From Chrysomallon squamiferum (Eukaryota > Animalia > Mollusca), in contig CM022678.1 of the NCBI GenBank assembly GCA_012295275.1, forward strand, positions 1,612,001 to 1,676,000: a stretch of 64,000 nucleotides of DNA, written 5' to 3'. The translations under genes were made by a program, and so were the position numbers. Shown here piece after piece: positions 57,762-64,000 of the stretch (positions within the stretch are counted from its first letter, which is position 1; each line of letters begins with the position of its first letter). Under the pieces are notes generated by a model. That model was not told the DNA's origin and ran no database searches. It saw nothing but the letters and a program-made list of their open reading frames with translations.

Positions 57762-59349
57762 ACAAAAACCAGACAACTCCGACTCCACTGCCCGACCCTG
57801 TACAAAGTGCAGTTATCTCCCCTACACCGGTGCTGACAGCTGCGAGGAGTGGGCTGGGTGGGGAGGAGTACGAGAGTCCCCAGGAAATCCAGGACGACAA
57901 GAACGAGGACATGCTTCAGCTGCTGCGCGCTCGCGGCCTCTCTTACACCGTCCTGCCAGATGACATGATGTCCAAGTACCCAGACATCGTCAGGCTGGTG
58001 GACGCTGATGAAATGGACGCCCCTGAAGGACGTGGACCTGAAGGTCAAGGTGCTGAAGGTCAAGGACACGAGGTTCAAGGGACTGAAGCTCCGGAGGTTG
58101 AGGAGGAGGAAGGGAAGGAAGAGGTGGAAAACGAAGCCGATGAAGTGGAACTGCCGGAGAGTCCAGACTCTAGCAACGAGACGGATTCCGACTCGAGTCA
58201 CTCTGAGCGGAACGGTCACGCGAGAGAGGACGAGCTGCAGCCAAGCATGACAGAGCTGTCGAGTGAAACAGAGAAGCTGCAGCACGGAACAACAAAGCTG
58301 TTAGATGGAACAACAAAGCTGTCAGATGGAAAAACAAAGCTACTAAATGGAACAACAAAGCTTGCTGGATGGACCAAAGTTACCTGATGAAAAAACTAAA
58401 CTTCTGGATAGAAGGAGAAAGCTTCGAGACAGAAAAACAAAGATGGATGACAAAAGCTCTAAGCCAGCAGACACAACAAGCAAGCCCAGAGATGGGAGTC
58501 TGGACTATGGCTATGACTATTACCCGTACTACAGTCAGGGTGAATCATCACACAGCAACAAGAACAATCTTTCTTCACCCAACACTGTGAACCCGAACCT
58601 AGATCCTTCTTCTGGTGCTGCACAGCACAACACAACCAACACTGGAAGAAACAGCTTCCCAGGATCCCTCAGGATACATCAGCAAGCCAACAACTCAACT
58701 CTGAGATCTCGACAAACTGTACAGCCAGGCTTACAACACAACACACAACCAGGTTCACAACAAAACACACAACCAGGTTCACAACAAAACACACAACCAG
58801 GTTCACAACAAAACACACAACCAGGTTCCCAACCAAACACACAACCAGGTTCAAATAAACACACAACCAGGCTCACAACCAAACACACAGCCAGGTTCAC
58901 AACCAAATACACAACCAGGCTCACAACCAAATACACAGCCAGGTTTCCAGCCACTGCAGCAGATAACCACAAACCACACAGGACAAGCTCAGAGCAGGAA
59001 CATCTCGTCTGGACCAACTCGCAGGAAAACCATCGACTCACGGCTGCCTGCGAGTACAATATTTGGAATCGTCGCCGGCTGCGTCTTCGGATCCTGGATG
59101 ATTCTCTGTCCTCTGCTGTGCTTCTTGTGCAAATGTCGTGACTCGGTTGCCAAGAAGAAGAAGAGGTTCAGTGAGAGGCTGTACCACCAAGACTCCAACA
59201 ACGGAATCATGGAAGCGATGATAATGACGGAGCTCGGAAAAGAACCGGCAAAGTTTCCCAACACAATAGAGCTGCAAAGGGAGAGCACCTATTCTGAAAA
59301 ATCCGATGCTTATCACGATGTGTTTGAGACTCCTCCTCTGCTCTTGTGA
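57762..59349 (+). CDS. Nested gene exon 2: acidic, repeat-rich ectodomain, TM helix and cytoplasmic tail of a type I membrane glycoprotein (frameshifts near 58362 and 58855)
   Basis: ttacag acceptor; phase-1 join is in frame with ORF 57830-58387; GC-rich coding-like composition; ORFs 57830, 58347 and 59098 link through repeat periodicity; TM IFGIVAGCVFGSWMILCPLLCFLC followed by KCRDSVAKKKKR. Confidence 0.78.
58286..58452 (+). repeat. Coding 21-nt repeat (GTTKLLD-like heptapeptide, ~8 degenerate units)
   Basis: GGAACAACAAAGCTGTTAGAT-type units; one unit is 22 nt and one is 18 nt. Confidence 0.85.
58724..58945 (+). repeat. Coding 24-nt repeat (QPGSQQNT/QPGSQPNT octapeptide, ~9 units)
   Basis: CAACCAGGTTCACAACAAAACACA units; one unit is 22 nt. 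Confidence 0.9.
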
Positions 59350-60914
59350 AGATCAGGAAAAGGGAGATAATTTAAGCTTATGTTGTTTTTGCAGTTTATC
59401 TTCAATAGATATGTTATGAAGATCACTGAAGACAGAGAACTTTAAAGACAGTACATGTGAATTTTTTTCTTTTTTCTTTGTTCTTTTTCTTTGTTTTTGT
59501 AAATAAATAAATTTAATTTTGTGTGAGGGTATTTTGTGAAATACAGTGTGAACTTTAATTTTGATGTTAGTTTCCAGATTTACTTTTCATGGACATAACA
59601 AAATATAACAAAAATAAAATGAGAAGTTTTATGTTTTTAGTAGTTTTAGTTATTATTATTATTATTATTATCATCATCATCATCATAATTATTATAGTAG
59701 TAGTAAACTACTAGATTAATAGTTTTTCTATGTAATTAATATTACTTAACTTTACACTTTTAAATAAATAAATAAGTATCTAAATAAACAATCAGAAAAA
59801 GAAATTGAAAGTAAACAAACAGTTAAAGAAATGATGACCTATTCAGAGAAGTTGCACTGAGACAAACAGGACAGCATTTCACTCAAAGACATTCCAGAAA
59901 TACACAGCAGATTAAAACAAGCTCTTAACGTCAAACTACACTGACATTTAACCCCAACATCAACTTCAACAACAGCCAGATTATTTGAACATGAAAGACA
60001 GAAACTACAACATCTCTGAACATCACTGACACAGCATGTTACATGTAACACAACTACTGTGACATCAAACATACAAACTGCAACCTTTAACTCTATCATC
60101 ACCTACAACAGCACACATGACTACACCAACATCATCAACACTGTTAACACAGAGTGGCTGCTTTGAACATCAAATACAGAAACTACACCAACATTTAATC
60201 CTAACATCAACATCACATAAATCTAGTTAGTCTTCATCACAAACATTCGTACTACATCATCAACACCACCATTGCATATGGCCTGACTGCTTTGAATCAA
60301 ACTATACCATCACCATCATTTCCAATAATGTTACTCATAGCTATATTAAAACTGTAGCCAAATTGATTTCAGACCCCATCCTAACATCAACTACAACAAC
60401 ATATAGCCTGGTTACTTTTGATATCAATCATTAAGACTACACCAACACTGACTTCAACAATGCTATTCACAGCTATACACTACTACAGAAACACTGACGT
60501 CACACTGTAACATCAACTGCAACAACACTGCAAACAGCCCAACTGCTACTGCCATGCTGATCACAGACTACGCTGACTTTGATTGTTACTGCTACAACAT
60601 CACAAACAGCCACACCACTATGGCAACTCTGAAAGCAAACTGCACTGACATTTGACCCCAGCGTGGTCTTCCACACACAATGTGTGACTGTCCTGTACTG
60701 AGCCAAGTTTGTCAGACACACACAACATGCTGTTAGCAGACACACAAACATGGCTTATACAACCTGTGTAATACCAGCAATAGTTAACATCAAGTAAACA
60801 CAACTGCTGAAAACACTTCTAGAGACGTTATACGTTTTCTGGTTTTGTTATTCACTCTCAGATCATATTGGAAATTATTAACAGGTAAGAACTTTGCTAT
60901 TTCTAATGTAAACG

Positions 60915-60953
<39 letters not shown>

Positions 60954-61043
60954 TGTTCTGTATTATGGTAAGAATTGTGTGTTATTAATAGCTGAAAGAA
61001 ATTAATGAAAATGTGGTTCTATAGAATGTGTTTGTATGTATTT

Positions 61044-61079
<36 letters not shown>

Positions 61080-62028
61080 AAATGAGTGTTTGTATATGTA
61101 TGTATGTATATGTAAGATGTTTTCATGTGCATCTACGAAATAATGATAATAATATTAAATTTATAGTTGTGGTACTAAAAACAACAGTAATAATAATAAT
61201 AATAACAATAATAATAATAATAATAATAATAAATAATAACAAAAATAACAATAATAAAGTAATAAAACAACAAATAATAATTTCAGAAGTTAATAAGGAT
61301 ACCTAGCACTAAGAATTAATGTTCTTCTTCGTATCTTTTAAAAAATATATATATATAAATAAATAAAAACATCTCTAAGAGGACTGTAACTATGTACATG
61401 TTTTACTTACACAGTACAAGTGACAAACACAACAGCACTTTGTGTGAGTCTACCTGTGTGTGTGTGAACTTTCTAAATGTCAGCTTGTCCTGCAGAAACA
61501 TTCTACACAATTAACAACATGTCTGTGTACTGTGACTCTTTATTTATATTTGATGATAAGGAGATTTTTTAATTTACATTTTTATTTTAAAAAATTTGGG
61601 TCATGATAAAAGCTTGTAATATTGTTTAATTTAAATTGTTCATATTCTGTGATTTTGTTTATGTATTTTATTTCTGATAATAATAATAATAATAATAAAA
61701 CAATAATAATAATAATTTTACTGCTATTACCTTCACTACTGTTAAATAATATTAATGATAATGTAATAAGAAAACTAATAAAACTAGTAATAACAATAAC
61801 AATAATAACAATAAAAATAATCATAATAATAACAACAGTTATTAACAACAACAACAGTAGTAACAGTAATAATATCAATAAATAATTATGCTGCCACTTC
61901 TTGCCATTGTAAAGGGAACAAAAAGAAATAATTATGAGATATAAAAATCTGGTATTACATATCAATGACCTTGTTCAGGTTATCTCAAAAACAGATCAAT
62001 GAAATCACAATTCAGATTAGAGGATTCA

Positions 62029-62790
62029 AGTAAAGAGGATGAAGGAGGTGTTATATATTTATCAGTGTAAGGGTAGATCCACACTGTTGTAAAGAGGATG
62101 AAGGGGGTGTTATATATTTATCAATGTAAGGGTAGATCCACACTGTTGTAAAGAGGATGAAGGGGGTGTTATATATTTATCAGTGTAAGGGTAGGTCCAC
62201 ACTGTTGTAAAGAGGATGAAGGGGGTGTTATATATTTATCAATGTAAGGGCAGATCCACACTGTTGTAAAGAGGATGAAGGGGGTGTTATATATTTATCA
62301 GTGTAAGGGCAGATCCACTGTTGTAAAGAGGATGAAGGGGGTGTTATATATTTATCAATGTAAGGGCAGATCCAGTTGTAAAGAGGATGAAGGGGATGTT
62401 ATACATTTATCAATGTAAGGGCAGATCCACTGTTGTAAAGAGGATGAAGGGGATGTTATATATTTATCAATGCAAGGGCAGATCCACACTGTTGTAAAGA
62501 GGATGAAGGGGGTGTTATATATTTATCGATGTAAGGGCAGATCCACACTGTTGTAAAGAGGATGAAGGGGGTGTTATATATTTATCAATGTAAGGGTAGG
62601 TTCACACTGTTGTAAAGAGGATGAAGGGGGTGTTATATATTCATCAATGTAAGGGTAGGTTCACTGTTGTAAAGAGGATGGAGGGGGTGTTATATATTTA
62701 TCAATGTAAGGGAAGGTCCACACTGTTGTAAAGAGGATGAAGGGGGTGTTATATATTTGTCAAAATAGGGCAGGTCCACAGTGTTGTAAG
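62029..62790. repeat. ~59-bp minisatellite GTAAAGAGGATGAAGGGGGTGTTATATATTTATCAATGTAAGGGCAGATCCACACTGTT, ~13 copies
   Basis: Visible tandem units. Confidence 0.95.
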
Positions 62791-63543
62791 AAAAAGATGA
62801 TGTTATTCATTTAAAACACTTATAAGGAGGAAGAAGGGGCTGTTAGTTAGTTATGTAAGTATGAAATTAAGGGTAGTTTCACATTTAATGATAAGCATTA
62901 GGAATACAGTTTGTTAATTACTGAAAAAAATAAAAAAATAAAAAAAATAAAATAAAATAAAAAAAATAAAATAATAATAAAATAAAAATAATAATAAAAA
63001 AAATAATAATAACAAAATGATAATAATAATAATAAAATGATGATGATGATAAAAAAATAATAATAAGAAGAAAGTCTTTAAATAAATGACCAACTGGAAT
63101 CACCTACAAATTCAAACACCACCCAGTCAGTTCTAGATCTGCCTTGAACCAGAACAAAAACAATTACCGGCAGCTATAAAACAAAAGAAAAAAAAAACAA
63201 CACCTACAACAACTACACAGACTATTCATAGTGTGTAACAGAAGCTGATACCACATCCTGCTCTGCCTGGAAATCTCGAGTGCAAACAATTAGAATTCTT
63301 CCACTGCTGCGGAAACCAGAACACTGCTAACTCCCAAGTCGCAATTGTTGGTCATAAACAATAAAAACAATAAGAATAATATTGACAGATTTTTTCAAAC
63401 AGTGGCCCTGTTCAGTGGTGTGACTTGAACCGGCGAACTCAAAGAGGTATTGTGTGAAAAAACAAAGCGAGGTTGTAGTAGTTGTAGCTTAGGTGAAGTG
63501 ACGTTTGACAAAGAAAAGATTAGCGTGACGTTAAAAATTACGT

Positions 63544-63586
<43 letters not shown>

Positions 63587-63715
63587 GCAGTTCTTGATTG
63601 TGTTGTGTTTTTTGAATAATAATATTTATTGAATATATCAAGTAATAATGGTAATGATAATAATAATAATAATATTAATAATAATGTTGATAATAATATT
63701 AATAATAAAAATAAA

Positions 63716-63752
<37 letters not shown>

Positions 63753-64000
63753 GCCATTAATTATAACATTAATAACAACAGTATTAATAATAATGGTTGT
63801 AAATGCAGTAGTTGTGGTAGTAGGACTAGTAACAGAAGTACCAGTGGTGGTGGTGGTGATGGTGGTATTCACAATGTGGTAAAGAAAAAAAAAATTCATT
63901 CTTGATTTTATTAATTTTATCATCATGATCATCTTCATCATCATCAAGCAATGATATATTCCAGCATGTATGAAATAACTATTTTAACAGAAATGTCTTT

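Noticed and set aside
57749-59316. Minus-strand ORFs overlapping the nested gene
   Set aside because: Antisense shadows of the GC-rich plus-strand coding sequence; no kinesin similarity
59820-60830. CA-rich unique-looking region with short ORFs
   Set aside because: Degenerate ACATCAAC-type repeats with stops in all frames; probably 3' UTR or intronic sequence
63420-63432. GGTTCAAGTC B-box-like word on the minus strand
   Set aside because: No tRNA structure around it
52254-64000. Search for the preceding KIF13 exon (MNEESSRSHAV)
   Set aside because: Not found by eye on the minus strand; presumed to lie beyond position 64000

Overview
AT-rich animal genomic DNA, dense with microsatellites and minisatellites; it looks invertebrate, possibly molluscan (inference only). 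There are no prokaryotic features. The minus strand carries six consecutive GT-AG exons of a kinesin-3 gene of the KIF13A/B (Khc-73) type, with consistent phases. They run from the end of the motor domain (52253) through the neck coil and CC1 into the FHA domain (4656); the gene extends beyond both window ends. A 39.6-kb intron (4793-44433) splits the FHA domain. It contains a candidate alternative phase-0 coding exon (33664-33813) that could give a motor-less isoform, a pair of CTCF-type motifs, an RFX X-box and several CpG-richer unique islands. In the upstream intron, on the plus strand, lies a nested two-exon gene (56647-59349) for an unrecognised ~670-aa type I membrane glycoprotein. It has a signal peptide, a furin site, an acidic region, a Tyr cluster, two tandem-repeat blocks, a Cys-rich TM helix and YxxPhi and [DE]xxxLL sorting motifs, but two frameshifts inside its repeats interrupt it. 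Almost all other ORFs in the track are translations of simple repeats. Repeat boundaries and copy numbers were counted by eye and are approximate.
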